From an uncultured Peptococcaceae bacterium (lineage in GTDB: Bacteria; Bacillota; Dehalobacteriia; UBA4068), in the NCBI GenBank assembly GCA_964407445.1, contig CAYOVS010000001.1:1182-32896 (forward strand): a stretch of 31,715 nucleotides of DNA, written 5' to 3'. Below the pieces are notes generated by a model. The model saw nothing but the letters and a program-made list of their open reading frames with translations. It was not told the origin of the DNA and made no database searches. The translations under genes were made by a program, and so were the position numbers. Positions 9,801 through 18,574 of this stretch are shown in pieces (within the stretch, counting starts at the first letter, position 1; each line of letters begins with the position of its first letter).

Positions 9801-10976
9801 ACCAAAATCACCGACGCCAAAGGCAAGGTAGAATTCTCCCGTTTGCCCTCCGGCAACTATATCGTGATAGAGCAAACCCCGCCGGTTGGCTACAGCCTCA
9901 ACCCAAACAACGCGTATCCGCTTACCATCAATACCGACGACGCCGCCCAGCGCAAGCTGACCCAAACCATCACCAATCCGGTGCTGACCCGCGCCATCCA
10001 GATCCTCAAAACCGATGAGCAGGGCGTGGTGCTGGCGCAAGCCCAGTTTGGCTTGTATCAGGGCAGCATCAGCCCGGAAAAGCTGCTGGCCACCGCCACC
10101 AGCGACGCCAACGGCGCAGTCACCTTTGCCAATCTGAAGCCGGGGATTTATTATATCGCCGAGATCGCCGCCCCCGCCGGCTATCAGATGCCGGAGCAGC
10201 AGCAGGTGGTCAAGGCGGTGATCAATCAATTGGGGCAGACCAGCTACTGGCTGGATGGGGAACCATGCAACCAGGGCTTGCCCAAGCTGGCCAATACCGC
10301 CAACCGGGTCAATATCGCCATCACCAAAACCAATACCAACGGCAGGCTGCTTTCCGGCGCCAGATTCACCCTATACGATCAGGAGGGCAACCAGCTTTCC
10401 GCCGCCACCACCGGCCCGGACGGGGTGGCTCGCTTCAACAATCTGACCATTGGCAGCTACACCATCCGGGAAACTCGCGCGCCCAGCGGCTACAAGCTGA
10501 GCCGCACTCCGCTGACCATTACAGAAGCAGATTTTGCCCAAGACGGCAAGCTGCTGGAATATCAGGTGATCAATCACCGGGAAACCATCGACCGCCCCGA
10601 CCCTGATTCTGATCCTGATCCGGATCCCACCCCCGACCCGGATCCTATCCCGGACCCGGAGGAACCGATTCCCGGCCCCGCCCCCGATCCGCCGGTAGAG
10701 ATTCTGGAACCGGATACGCCTTTGGGCGATCTGCCCGGCGGCAGCACAGAAACGGTGGATATCCCGGAAACCCAAACCCCCACCGGCAGCAAACCCCAGC
10801 AAAGCAGCAACAGCAGCAAGGGGGATACCATTGACATCTTAGACGAGGAAGTGCCTCTAGGCGCGGTGCCGAAAACCGGCGACCCGCTGCCTGCCGTTTT
10901 GATCGGCTTGGCTCTTGCCGCCGCCGGATTGACCATCTTCCTGCGCAAGGCCAAACAGGATGCGCAGAAAAAATAA
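6864..10976 (+). CDS. Sortase-anchored multidomain surface adhesin (Cna/collagen-binding-like N-terminus, five isopeptide-type Ig-like repeats, three SpaA/prealbumin-like domains, Pro-Asp stalk, VPKTG anchor), ~1370 aa
   Basis: AGGAG RBS before ATG 6864; signal peptide MKKQLIVASLLVLILVCLTPFTLA. Repeats open with LAKTG/LKKGG/IQKAA/LEKDV/VTKTG and close with NTATL/NNATL/NYATL/NQAYA/NTAYL. SpaA-type openings are ITLTKQD..LSGAVFQL, IQILKTD..LAQAQFGL and IAITKTN..LSGARFTL. VPKTG is followed by a TM helix and a basic tail (RKAKQDAQKK). Confidence 0.9.
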   Translation: MKKQLIVASLLVLILVCLTPFTLAQGGAAAPLTDLTVTLLNGGAAVADGEQLDPTLDTRLRLDFGIPVDGSVKAGDWLEITLPEALRFTTETAIPIYLDADGLGEQLQIGVLEINGKSDARLTFNEEVENAQDVYLEMGGYFIIGIDFEQTVIEESREDIVLRLFDKEFVLPAQPAPEPVHIGLAKTGTVDLTQGVINWLLTATPEQTALLYDGYTFRDALPAGVTYVADSFTVNGQAPETGFACSDGILTYTFAPGTSGVQTIRFQTAIQDLALLNNKAQTITNTATLSCADSGDRAEASGTVKFTPDWLKKGGSYQVSNHSVNWTITANSSRALLKNAVIRDTLDAALTLTPGSLKLNGQVLSEDAASTPYYTYDPVTRQLCVYLGQIDSKQTVTFNGQLDSAVRQSVTNNATLSWDDEGSSIGSGMVSGGATVAVNGSGSANVTQGFIQKAAGTYDYTNNVLPWTIRVDQAGQPVADAKVVEIFVYHNDESSKSNKSGKFPSLTGYEQYRGLSMTTDQKYLDGSLTINNGAATQGDQAGQYTLETVALSQNVTAQILTIYLGDLTDLQTICLHTKLTNQEAYGSNGGNSLYKATNYATLLSRDSEPLTGNATAQIFHHILEKDVAVAYNYADRTVTWQLHLNHNKLTIENGQLVDTLPAYFAPDGEAFYEIYHGSTVTTGGNPKIAKGALLTAEELSQILQKVEVTAVSEQVQQLTFTFNTINDSYVILIKTKLSEADAARLFMGSNENITLRNQAYATGSTICGKQGDYEDITIANRAVTKTGVLEQREGYYTGNVVWTMDVNSNGVDITTLDGVETATVVDPLAEYLEPVYRNGAYALRVWELQVQANGSLQLGQELEQALVQGNLTWENHTLRFTLPQKDRAYRLQLTTAIVSDTVTAIKNTAYLEGFKQELISTPSTIRIEYAEGGAWAKLAGKITLTKQDEENGKTLSGAVFQLYQIVTDENGQEQRVLKYTKITDAKGKVEFSRLPSGNYIVIEQTPPVGYSLNPNNAYPLTINTDDAAQRKLTQTITNPVLTRAIQILKTDEQGVVLAQAQFGLYQGSISPEKLLATATSDANGAVTFANLKPGIYYIAEIAAPAGYQMPEQQQVVKAVINQLGQTSYWLDGEPCNQGLPKLANTANRVNIAITKTNTNGRLLSGARFTLYDQEGNQLSAATTGPDGVARFNNLTIGSYTIRETRAPSGYKLSRTPLTITEADFAQDGKLLEYQVINHRETIDRPDPDSDPDPDPTPDPDPIPDPEEPIPGPAPDPPVEILEPDTPLGDLPGGSTETVDIPETQTPTGSKPQQSSNSSKGDTIDILDEEVPLGAVPKTGDPLPAVLIGLALAAAGLTIFLRKAKQDAQKK
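10590..10694 (+). repeat. Pro-Asp dipeptide repeat (6-bp period) encoding the cell-wall-spanning stalk of the adhesin
   Basis: DRPDPDSDPDPDPTPDPDPIPDPEEPIPGPAPDPP; DNA gac/gat-ccN units. Confidence 0.85.
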
Positions 10977-11020
10977 CCGGCGGAGCAACCATCCCTGCCG
11001 ATCCCGGTAAAAAAACAGCA

Positions 11021-11050
11021 AGAGGCGACCCCAAGAGGGTCGTCTCTTTT
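11021..11050 (+). terminator. Rho-independent terminator after the adhesin gene
   Basis: AGAGGCGACCC-caaga-GGGTCGTCTCT followed by a T run. Confidence 0.8.
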
Positions 11051-11066
11051 GCATTAAAATAAAATA

Positions 11067-11095
11067 TTGCTTTTGCCCTGCCTATTCTATATAAT
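11067..11095 (+). promoter_or_regulatory. SigmaA-type promoter of valS
   Basis: TTGCTT-17 nt-TATAAT, 44 nt upstream of the valS ATG. Confidence 0.75.
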
Positions 11096-11139
11096 GATAA
11101 GGTATGCAGTTTTGAGTATGATACGAGAGGAAGAATAGC

Positions 11140-13788
11140 ATGACAGAAAACAGCGGCGAAAAACAGCTTTCCACCACCTATCAACCGATTGAGGTTGAAG
11201 CAAAGTGGTATCCCATCTGGCAGGAAAAGGGGTACTTCAGCAGTGATGCAAACCCGGAGGGCGAGCCTTTTTGCATCGTGATGCCGCCGCCCAACGTTAC
11301 CGGGCAGCTGCACATGGGGCATGCTCTGGATTGCACCTTACAGGATGTTTTGACCCGTTGGCGGCGGATGCAGGGACGGCGCACCTTATGGCTGCCCGGC
11401 ACCGATCATGCGGGCATTGCCACCCAGGCCAAGGTAGAAGAGCAATTGGCCAAGGAAGGCTTGAGCAAATACGATATCGGCCGGGACGCTTTTTTGGAGC
11501 GCGCCTGGCAGTGGAAGCATCAATATCATGGCCGGATCACCAAGCAATTGCGGATGATGGGCTCCTCCTGCGACTGGGACAAGGAACGGTTTACCATGGA
11601 CGAAGGCTGCTCCAAGGCAGTGCGCCGGGCCTTTGTAGCCATGTATCAAAAAGGGTTGATCTACCGGGGCAGCTATATCGTCAACTGGTGCAGCCATTGC
11701 CAAACCACCATCTCGGATATTGAGGTGGAGCATGTGGATCAGGAAAGCCATCTTTGGCATCTGCGCTATCCCTATACCGATGGCAGCGGCTATGTGGTGG
11801 TGGCCACCACCCGGCCGGAAACGCTGCTGGGCGATACCGCCGTGGCCGTCCATCCCGATGACCCCCGCTACCAGGATAAGCTGGGCAAAACGGTGCTGCT
11901 GCCGATTATGAACCGGGAGATTCCCCTCATCGGCGACGAATATTGCGATATGGAGTTTGGTACCGGCGCGGTGAAAATCACCCCCGCCCACGACCCCAAC
12001 GATTTTGAAATCGGCCTACGCCACAATCTGGAGCAAATCGCCGTCATCGGCAAGGATGGGCTGATGAACCAAAACGCCGGCAAATACGCGGGCATGCCCA
12101 TGCTGGAATGTCGCGCCAAGCTGATCGAGGAATTCCGCGCGCTGGGGCTTTTAGAAGATATTACCGACCTGACCCATGCGGTTGGCCAGTGCTATCGCTG
12201 CGGCACCGCCGTAGAACCTCTGGTCTCCAAGCAATGGTTTGTCAAGATGACCCCTCTGGCCGAACCGGCCATTGCCGCGGTGACCGGCGGCGATACCAAG
12301 TTTGTACCAGAGCGCTTTACCCGCACCTATACCAATTGGATGGAAAATATCCGGGATTGGTGCATCTCCCGCCAGTTGTGGTGGGGACACCGGATTCCCG
12401 TTTGGTATTGCGCTGATTGCGGCCAGGAGATCTGCGCCGAGGAAGACCCCACCTGCTGCCCCCATTGCGGCAGCACCAAGCTAGAGCAAGACCCGGATGT
12501 GTTGGATACCTGGTTCTCTTCCGCGCTGTGGCCTTTTTCCACCCTGGGCTGGCCGGAGCAAACCGACCTGCTCAAATCCTTCTATCCCACCAATGTGCTG
12601 GTCACCGGCTACGACATCATTTTCTTCTGGGTGGCCAGAATGATTTTCTCCGGCATCGAGCAAATGGGCGAAAAGCCCTTTGACCATGTGTTCATCCACG
12701 GCATCGTCCGGGACGAGCAGGGGCGCAAGATGAGCAAATCCCTGGGCAACGGGGTAGACCCCATCGGCGTGATCGAGGAATACGGCGCGGACAGCCTGCG
12801 CTTTATGCTGATGACCGGCAACAGCCCCGGCAACGATATGCGTTTTAAGCCGGAACGGCTGGAAGCCTCCCGCAATTTCCTCAACAAGCTGTGGAATGCC
12901 AGCCGCTTTACCCTGATGAACCTAAGCGATTATCAGCAAGGCAGCTATCAGCCGGAGCTGACCTTAGCCGATCAGTGGATTTTGGAACGGCTGCGGGTGG
13001 TCTCCGCCTCCGTCAACGACAATATGGAAAAATTTGAGCTGGGCGAGGCGCTGCGGCAGGCCTATGATTTTGTCTGGGACGAGTTCTGCGACTGGTATGT
13101 GGAGCTGGCCAAGCTGCGTCTGTACAAGGGCAGCCCGGTGGAAAAATACACCGCCCAACAGGTGCTTGCCACCACCCTTTCCCGCATTTTAGAGCTGCTG
13201 CATCCCTTTATCCCCTTTATCACCGAGGAAATCTGGCAGCTGCTGCCCCATCAGGGCGAAACGGTGATGCTGGCCAAATACCCGGATGGCAGCGGCCTTG
13301 CCGCCTATCCGGAGCAGGCGGAGCAAATGCTGCTGCTGATGGAGATGATCCGCAGCATCCGCAACCTGCGGGCGGAAATGAACGTGCCCTTGGGCAAAAA
13401 GGCTGAGGTGATTCTCTATGCCCCCGCCGAACAGCAAAAGCTGATCGAACAAGGGGAAAGCTACCTGCTGGCACTGGGCTCCGCCTCCCGGCTGGAGCTG
13501 CGCGCCAACGGCGACGCCATGCCGCAGCAGGCTGCCAAAGCCCATGTGCGGGGCGTAGATATTTATCTGCCTCTGGCCGGGCTGATCGATCTAGACAAGG
13601 AGACCGCGCGCCTGCAAAAAGAAATCGACAATTGCCAAAACGAGCTGAAACGGCTCTCCGCCAAGCTCTCTAACGAAAGCTTTATCGCCAAAGCCCCCGC
13701 CCAAGTGGTGGAAAAGGAACGGCAAAAGGAAAACGAAATCGGCGAAAAGATGGCTTCCCTGCAAGCCCATCTGGCGCTGCTGCAATAA
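11140..13788 (+). CDS. valS: Valine--tRNA ligase
   Basis: PPPNVTGQLHMGH (HIGH motif), DHAGIATQ, DWCISRQLWWGHRIP, DPDVLDTWFSS, KMSKSLGN, and a C-terminal coiled-coil arm. Confidence 0.99.
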   Translation: MTENSGEKQLSTTYQPIEVEAKWYPIWQEKGYFSSDANPEGEPFCIVMPPPNVTGQLHMGHALDCTLQDVLTRWRRMQGRRTLWLPGTDHAGIATQAKVEEQLAKEGLSKYDIGRDAFLERAWQWKHQYHGRITKQLRMMGSSCDWDKERFTMDEGCSKAVRRAFVAMYQKGLIYRGSYIVNWCSHCQTTISDIEVEHVDQESHLWHLRYPYTDGSGYVVVATTRPETLLGDTAVAVHPDDPRYQDKLGKTVLLPIMNREIPLIGDEYCDMEFGTGAVKITPAHDPNDFEIGLRHNLEQIAVIGKDGLMNQNAGKYAGMPMLECRAKLIEEFRALGLLEDITDLTHAVGQCYRCGTAVEPLVSKQWFVKMTPLAEPAIAAVTGGDTKFVPERFTRTYTNWMENIRDWCISRQLWWGHRIPVWYCADCGQEICAEEDPTCCPHCGSTKLEQDPDVLDTWFSSALWPFSTLGWPEQTDLLKSFYPTNVLVTGYDIIFFWVARMIFSGIEQMGEKPFDHVFIHGIVRDEQGRKMSKSLGNGVDPIGVIEEYGADSLRFMLMTGNSPGNDMRFKPERLEASRNFLNKLWNASRFTLMNLSDYQQGSYQPELTLADQWILERLRVVSASVNDNMEKFELGEALRQAYDFVWDEFCDWYVELAKLRLYKGSPVEKYTAQQVLATTLSRILELLHPFIPFITEEIWQLLPHQGETVMLAKYPDGSGLAAYPEQAEQMLLLMEMIRSIRNLRAEMNVPLGKKAEVILYAPAEQQKLIEQGESYLLALGSASRLELRANGDAMPQQAAKAHVRGVDIYLPLAGLIDLDKETARLQKEIDNCQNELKRLSAKLSNESFIAKAPAQVVEKERQKENEIGEKMASLQAHLALLQ

Positions 13789-13804
13789 CCCCAAAGCCGC
13801 AAAC

Positions 13805-13840
13805 CAGTACCGGGAGCCGGAAAATCCGCTCCCGGTACTG
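13805..13840. repeat. Strong GC-rich inverted repeat downstream of valS, lacking a T tract
   Basis: CAGTACCGGGAGC-cggaaaatcc-GCTCCCGGTACTG: 13-bp perfect arms, extendable by GGA/TCC. Confidence 0.8.
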
Positions 13841-14029
13841 CATATCCAGCCAAAACCGGAGACGGGGCGATGCAGGCAAGCCCCCTGCGCAAAAAAATAC
13901 AGATACTTGGATTTCCGGGAACCTGCATTTTTGACTTTGCCGAACCGATCCCATGGCAACATCGCTTTCGGAGCGCGCAGTAGGGCGGCAGGAAAGCCTT
14001 ACCTAGCGGCGTAACCTGTGGAGGGAACA

Positions 14030-15346
14030 ATGGAGCACAGAACCAACTTCACCTATCAAGAAAGCCTATCCTTTCTGCAAGATCTGGCCAAATTTGGCGT
14101 CAACCCGGGCTTGTCCCGGATCAGGGAGCTGCTGCGGCGCTTGGGCGATCCCCAAAAGCAGCTGCCCCATATCCTCCATATCGGCGGCACCAACGGCAAA
14201 GGCTCCACCGCGGCCTGCTGTGAAAGCATCCTGCGGCAGGCGGGCTATCGCACCGGCTTTTTTTCCTCGCCCCATTTGGCCAGCCACCGGGAACGCTACC
14301 GGGTGGATAATCAATGGATCGGTGAAGAGGACTTTGCCGCGCTGGTCAGCCGCATTGCCCCGGAGATCACCGCCATGGTGGCGCAGGGCTGGGAAAGCCC
14401 CACCGAGTTTGAGCTGGCTACCGCCTGCGCGCTGCTGCATTTTGCCCAAAGGGGCGTGGATTGGGCGGTGCTGGAGGTGGGCATGGGCGGCGCCATTGAC
14501 AGCACCAATATCGCCGATGGCCACATTGCGGTGCTGACCAATGTGGCGCTGGATCATTGCGCCTATCTGGGGGATACCGTCAGCCAGATCGCCCGGGTAA
14601 AGGCCGGGATCATCAAGCCGGGGGCTACCGTGATCAGCGGCGTTTCCGGGGAGGCTCTGCCGGTGGTGGCAGACGCCTGCCAAAAGCAGCAAGCCGCTTT
14701 GCAGCTTTTGGGTCGGCGCATTCTGGTGCAAAACCCCCGGGTGGATGAAGCCGGGGGAACTTTTGATCTGTTTTTGCCCTCTGGTGAGTATCCCGGGCTG
14801 CGGCTCAATTTGCCCGGTTTCTATCAACTGGAGAACGGGGCGCTGGCTGTGGCCGCCTGCGCTGCGGCAGGCTGCCCGGAGCAGGCCATCCGCCAAGGCT
14901 TGGCGCAAGCCCGTTGGCCAGGGCGGCTGGAGGTGGTTTGCCGCCGGCCGTTGATCCTGCTGGACGGCGCCCATAACCCCCACGGGGTGGCGGCACTGGT
15001 ACGCTCGCTGGAGCAGCTTTGGCCCCATCGGCGGCGGGTGGGGCTGCTGGGGATGCTGGCGGACAAAGAACGGCGGCAGGCGGTGTCGCTGCTGGCGCCC
15101 GCTTTGGCGGCGGCGATCGTCACGCCCCCGCCCTATCTCAGCCGACAGGGGGACTGGCAAACGCTGGCGGAGCACTGCGCTGCCTGCGGCCTGCCCGCCC
15201 AGGCCATTGCCGACAACCGGCAGGCATTGCAAGCAGCGCTGGCGCAAACCGGCTCGGAGGATATGCTGGTGATCACCGGCTCCCTCTATCTGATCGCCGC
15301 CATGCGCCAACTGCTGACGGAAGAACCGGCGCTGTTACAAGCATAG
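14030..15346 (+). CDS. folC: Bifunctional folylpolyglutamate synthase/dihydrofolate synthase
   Basis: HIGGTNGKGST, FSSPHL, ERYR, VLEVGMGG-DSTN, WPGRLE and LDGAHNP. ATG 14030 follows a GGAGGGA RBS. Confidence 0.97.
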   Translation: MEHRTNFTYQESLSFLQDLAKFGVNPGLSRIRELLRRLGDPQKQLPHILHIGGTNGKGSTAACCESILRQAGYRTGFFSSPHLASHRERYRVDNQWIGEEDFAALVSRIAPEITAMVAQGWESPTEFELATACALLHFAQRGVDWAVLEVGMGGAIDSTNIADGHIAVLTNVALDHCAYLGDTVSQIARVKAGIIKPGATVISGVSGEALPVVADACQKQQAALQLLGRRILVQNPRVDEAGGTFDLFLPSGEYPGLRLNLPGFYQLENGALAVAACAAAGCPEQAIRQGLAQARWPGRLEVVCRRPLILLDGAHNPHGVAALVRSLEQLWPHRRRVGLLGMLADKERRQAVSLLAPALAAAIVTPPPYLSRQGDWQTLAEHCAACGLPAQAIADNRQALQAALAQTGSEDMLVITGSLYLIAAMRQLLTEEPALLQA

Positions 15347-15402
15347 GGCAGGCATGGGCAAGCATAAGGCAGGTACAAGGCAGGTACAAGGCAAGCACAA
15401 GA
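15338..15402. repeat. Degenerate 11-bp tandem repeat, about 6 units
   Basis: CAAGCATAGGG CAGGCATGGG CAAGCATAAGG CAGGTACAAGG CAGGTACAAGG CAAGCACAAGA, beginning in the last codons of folC. Confidence 0.7.
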
Positions 15403-15512
15403 ACCGGGTGTGCCAAGTTTTTGCTCTTCTTCCCTGCGACTAAAAAAAAACCGCGCGTTTTGTTGGATATTCTCCGTTCATCCAGATCTATCCGGCAAAT
15501 TTTGGAGGCATA

Positions 15513-16121
15513 ATGCACAACAAGCTAGCTATTTTTGGCGAAGAACAACTGATTTTGGCCAGCGCCAGCCCCCGGCGGCGGGAGCTGCTGGCGCAGGTGG
15601 GCGTGGAGCCGTTGCTGCGGCCAACCTGTACGGAAGAACGGCTGTTTCAGCCCGGCGACGACCCGGCGGCGCTGGTGGAGGAAAACGCGGCCCGCAAGGC
15701 GCTGGCGGCGCAGCATCCGGGGGAAGACGGGTTGATTTTGGGCGGCGATACGCTGGTGTTTCGGCAGGGTAAGGCCTATGGCAAGCCTGCCTCCCCGGCA
15801 GAAGCCCGGCAAATGCTGGGGGAGCTCTCCGGCAGGGAGCATTGGGTCTATACCGGCCTCTGTCTGCTGGAGCAGGCCAGCGGCAGACTGCTCACCGGTC
15901 ATACCTGCACGCTGGTGGAGTTTTTGCCTTTGTCCCAAGCACTGATCGACGCCTATGTGGCCGATGGGGAGCCGCTGGATAAAGCCGGTGCTTATGGCAT
16001 CCAGGGCAAAGGCGCGCTGCTAATAAAAAGAATTGATGGCGACTACGGCGGCGTGGTAGGGCTAAGCCTGCCATTGCTGCAGCAACTGTATCAAAAATTG
16101 CAGTCTACCCAACAAAAATAA
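15513..16121 (+). CDS. maf: Maf family nucleoside triphosphate pyrophosphatase (dTTP/UTP type)
   Basis: LILASASPRRRELL, ARKA, ILGGDTLV, GKP, LSGREH and DKAGAYGIQG. Confidence 0.96.
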   Translation: MHNKLAIFGEEQLILASASPRRRELLAQVGVEPLLRPTCTEERLFQPGDDPAALVEENAARKALAAQHPGEDGLILGGDTLVFRQGKAYGKPASPAEARQMLGELSGREHWVYTGLCLLEQASGRLLTGHTCTLVEFLPLSQALIDAYVADGEPLDKAGAYGIQGKGALLIKRIDGDYGGVVGLSLPLLQQLYQKLQSTQQK

Positions 16122-16465
16122 GCCTAAGCAAAGCAAAATCCGCTTTTCTCCCGCTATCTGCCCATTTCTACTACCCAAGTTTCAAAAGAAACTGCTTTGT
16201 TGCAGGCGGCAGCAGCGGAAACATCGACATGCTTCCGGTTTTTATAGGCTTTTATTTTGGAAAGAAATGCGGTATAATAGCTGCACAGGCCAAAACGGCA
16301 CAGGCCGCCCTCTCTTGCCGTTGCGCGGCAGTTCACCTTGTCTATGATTTTGAGACTGAGCGCCTATTATCTTTGAATATCTTTATCTTTGAAAAAAATT
16401 AGCTCTCAGGAGCATATTTCGTATTTGGTCATGTAAGCAATGTATGGGATGAAAGGAGGAGCAAT

Positions 16466-16825
16466 ATGGGCAGAGATATCAACACCGAATTTGGGGTTAT
16501 CAGCATTCATAAAGAGGTGATCGCCACCTTGGCCGGTTTGGCCGCCACAGAATGCTTTGGGATTGTTGGAATGGTTTCTTCCCGCATTTTCAGCGACGGG
16601 ATCAGCGAGCTTTTGGGCAGAGAAGCCTTGTCAAAGGGCGTGGATGTTGCTGATAAAAACGACGAATTATACATCAAGGTTAATATTGTGGTAGGCTACG
16701 GCACCAAAATATCCGTAATTGCCGCCAACGTGATGGAAAACGTCAAATATATCGTGGAAAAATATACCGGGATCAAGGTAAACCGGGTAGAAGTGAATAT
16801 TCAGGGCGTGCGGGTAGTAGACTGA
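16466..16825 (+). CDS. Asp23/Gls24 family envelope stress protein (YloU-like)
   Basis: GVISIHKEVIATLAGLAATECFGIVGM...KGVDV...IVVGYGTKI...VKYIVEKYTG...VNIQGVRV; strong AAAGGAGG RBS; sits directly upstream of a DAK2 gene as in Firmicutes. Confidence 0.94.
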   Translation: MGRDINTEFGVISIHKEVIATLAGLAATECFGIVGMVSSRIFSDGISELLGREALSKGVDVADKNDELYIKVNIVVGYGTKISVIAANVMENVKYIVEKYTGIKVNRVEVNIQGVRVVD

Positions 16826-16897
16826 TTTTCGGCCGGCACCTTTGGTGGGCAAACCCGCAGCACGCGGCTTTGTCCCAATACCTTTAGGAGGAATACC

Positions 16898-18574
16898 ATG
16901 ACGGGTAATTTATCGCAACTTACTGCCGCCGGCTGGGCCGAAATGGTTCAAAGCGGCTGCGCCCTTTTGGGCAATCACCGGGAAGCTGTAAACGCATTAA
17001 ACGTTTTTCCCGTGCCGGATGGCGATACCGGGATCAATATGTATCTAACAGTCAGCTCCGCTGTGAAAAACATTCGCTTTGCCGGCAATAAAGGCGTGGG
17101 GCAGCTGGCCGGGGATTTTGCCATGGGCGCGCTGATGGGTGCGCGGGGCAACTCCGGGGTGATCCTATCCCAGATGTTCCGGGGCTTTTCCCTGAGCATG
17201 GTGGGCAAAACCACCATTGACGCCAAGGGCTGGGCAGCCGCCTTACAAAGAGGGGTGGATCTTTCTTATAAATCGGTAATGAAACCGGTGGAGGGCACCA
17301 TCCTCACTGTGTTTCGGGAATATGCCGCTGCTGCGGTAAAGGCAGCGGAAAGCGAAAGCGATCTCCTGCTGGTTTTGCGGCAGGCCCAGGAGGCTGGCGC
17401 AAAAATGCTGGCGGAGACCCAATATATCCTGCCCGCATTGACCGAAGCCGGCGTAGTAGACGCCGGGGGCAAAGGCTTGCTGCTCTTTTTGGAAGGCTGC
17501 CTGCTGGCTCTGGAAGGCCAACCGGTAACAGCCGATGGAGAAGGCGCTGCTCCCCCCGGCGCAGAAGCCCCGGCACAGCCGGAATTTAAATCCGAACAGG
17601 CCATTGAGTTCACCTACTGCACCCAGCTTTTGATCAAAGGCAACCAGCTGCCGGTGGATAAGATCCGCCGCCATCTGGCCAAAACACCCCCCGGCGATTC
17701 CCTGCTGGTGGTGGGAGACGAAAATATCATCAAAATCCACTTTCACAACAATCATCCCGGACAGGTGCTGGAATATTGCAGCGGCTTTGGCAGTCTGCAC
17801 GATATTATTATCGACAATATGCGGGATCAGCATCATCAAAACATGCTGGAGCAGCAAAGCGCCGCCGAAACCAAGGCAAACGCCCCTGTGCCGGAGGATT
17901 TTGCCTCCATGCAGGGGAAAAGCGGCGTGATTGCCGTTTGCTCCGGCGAAGGAATGCGGCAGGTGTTCCATTCTTTGGGCGCCAAGGTGATTTCCGGCGG
18001 CCAGACTATGAACCCCAGCGCCGAGGATCTGGTCAACGCCATCAATCAATCCGGGGCGCAGGAGATCGTGCTGCTGCCCAATAACAGCAATATCATTCTC
18101 ACCGCCCAACAGGCGCAAAAGCTGACCAAAAAAGCGGTAGCGGTGGTAGAAAGCAAATTTGTTACCCAGGGGGTAGCAGCAATGCTGGCCTTTAATCAAG
18201 AGCTTTCCGCCAAAGAAAACGCCCAAGGCATGAAACAGGCTTTTGCCAACACCGTATCCGGCGAACTGACCTATGCGGTGCGCCCTGCCAAATATAACGG
18301 CTTTGAAATCAAAGAAGGCGATATTTTAGGGCTGAAAAACGGCAAAATTGTCGATTGCGGCCAAACGATTGATCAGGTGCTGCTGCAATTGCTGGAAAAA
18401 ATGACCGCAGACTTGGAAGACGGCAGTTTGATCAGCCTGTTCTACGGCAGCGACGTTACCCCAGAGCAAGCGGAAGCCCTGCAAAAGCAGGTAGCCGCCG
18501 CCTACCCCGATTACGAGGTGGAACTGAACCAAGGCGGCCAGCCCTTATATTATTATTTGATCTCTTTGGAATAA
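16898..18574 (+). CDS. fakA: DAK2 domain protein, fatty acid kinase catalytic subunit (YloV/FakA)
   Basis: VNALNVFPVPDGDTGINM, GARGNSGVILSQ, KPVEGTILTV, GVVDAGG, YCTQ, GGQTMNPS and GGQPLYYYLISLE. Confidence 0.93.
   Translation: MTGNLSQLTAAGWAEMVQSGCALLGNHREAVNALNVFPVPDGDTGINMYLTVSSAVKNIRFAGNKGVGQLAGDFAMGALMGARGNSGVILSQMFRGFSLSMVGKTTIDAKGWAAALQRGVDLSYKSVMKPVEGTILTVFREYAAAAVKAAESESDLLLVLRQAQEAGAKMLAETQYILPALTEAGVVDAGGKGLLLFLEGCLLALEGQPVTADGEGAAPPGAEAPAQPEFKSEQAIEFTYCTQLLIKGNQLPVDKIRRHLAKTPPGDSLLVVGDENIIKIHFHNNHPGQVLEYCSGFGSLHDIIIDNMRDQHHQNMLEQQSAAETKANAPVPEDFASMQGKSGVIAVCSGEGMRQVFHSLGAKVISGGQTMNPSAEDLVNAINQSGAQEIVLLPNNSNIILTAQQAQKLTKKAVAVVESKFVTQGVAAMLAFNQELSAKENAQGMKQAFANTVSGELTYAVRPAKYNGFEIKEGDILGLKNGKIVDCGQTIDQVLLQLLEKMTADLEDGSLISLFYGSDVTPEQAEALQKQVAAAYPDYEVELNQGGQPLYYYLISLE

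Noticed and set aside
16154-16336. 60-aa minus-strand ORF in the position where rpmB is expected
   Set aside because: No L28 features (no N-terminal CxxC, no SHS/RRW-type motifs), no RBS, and it overlaps promoter-like sequence.
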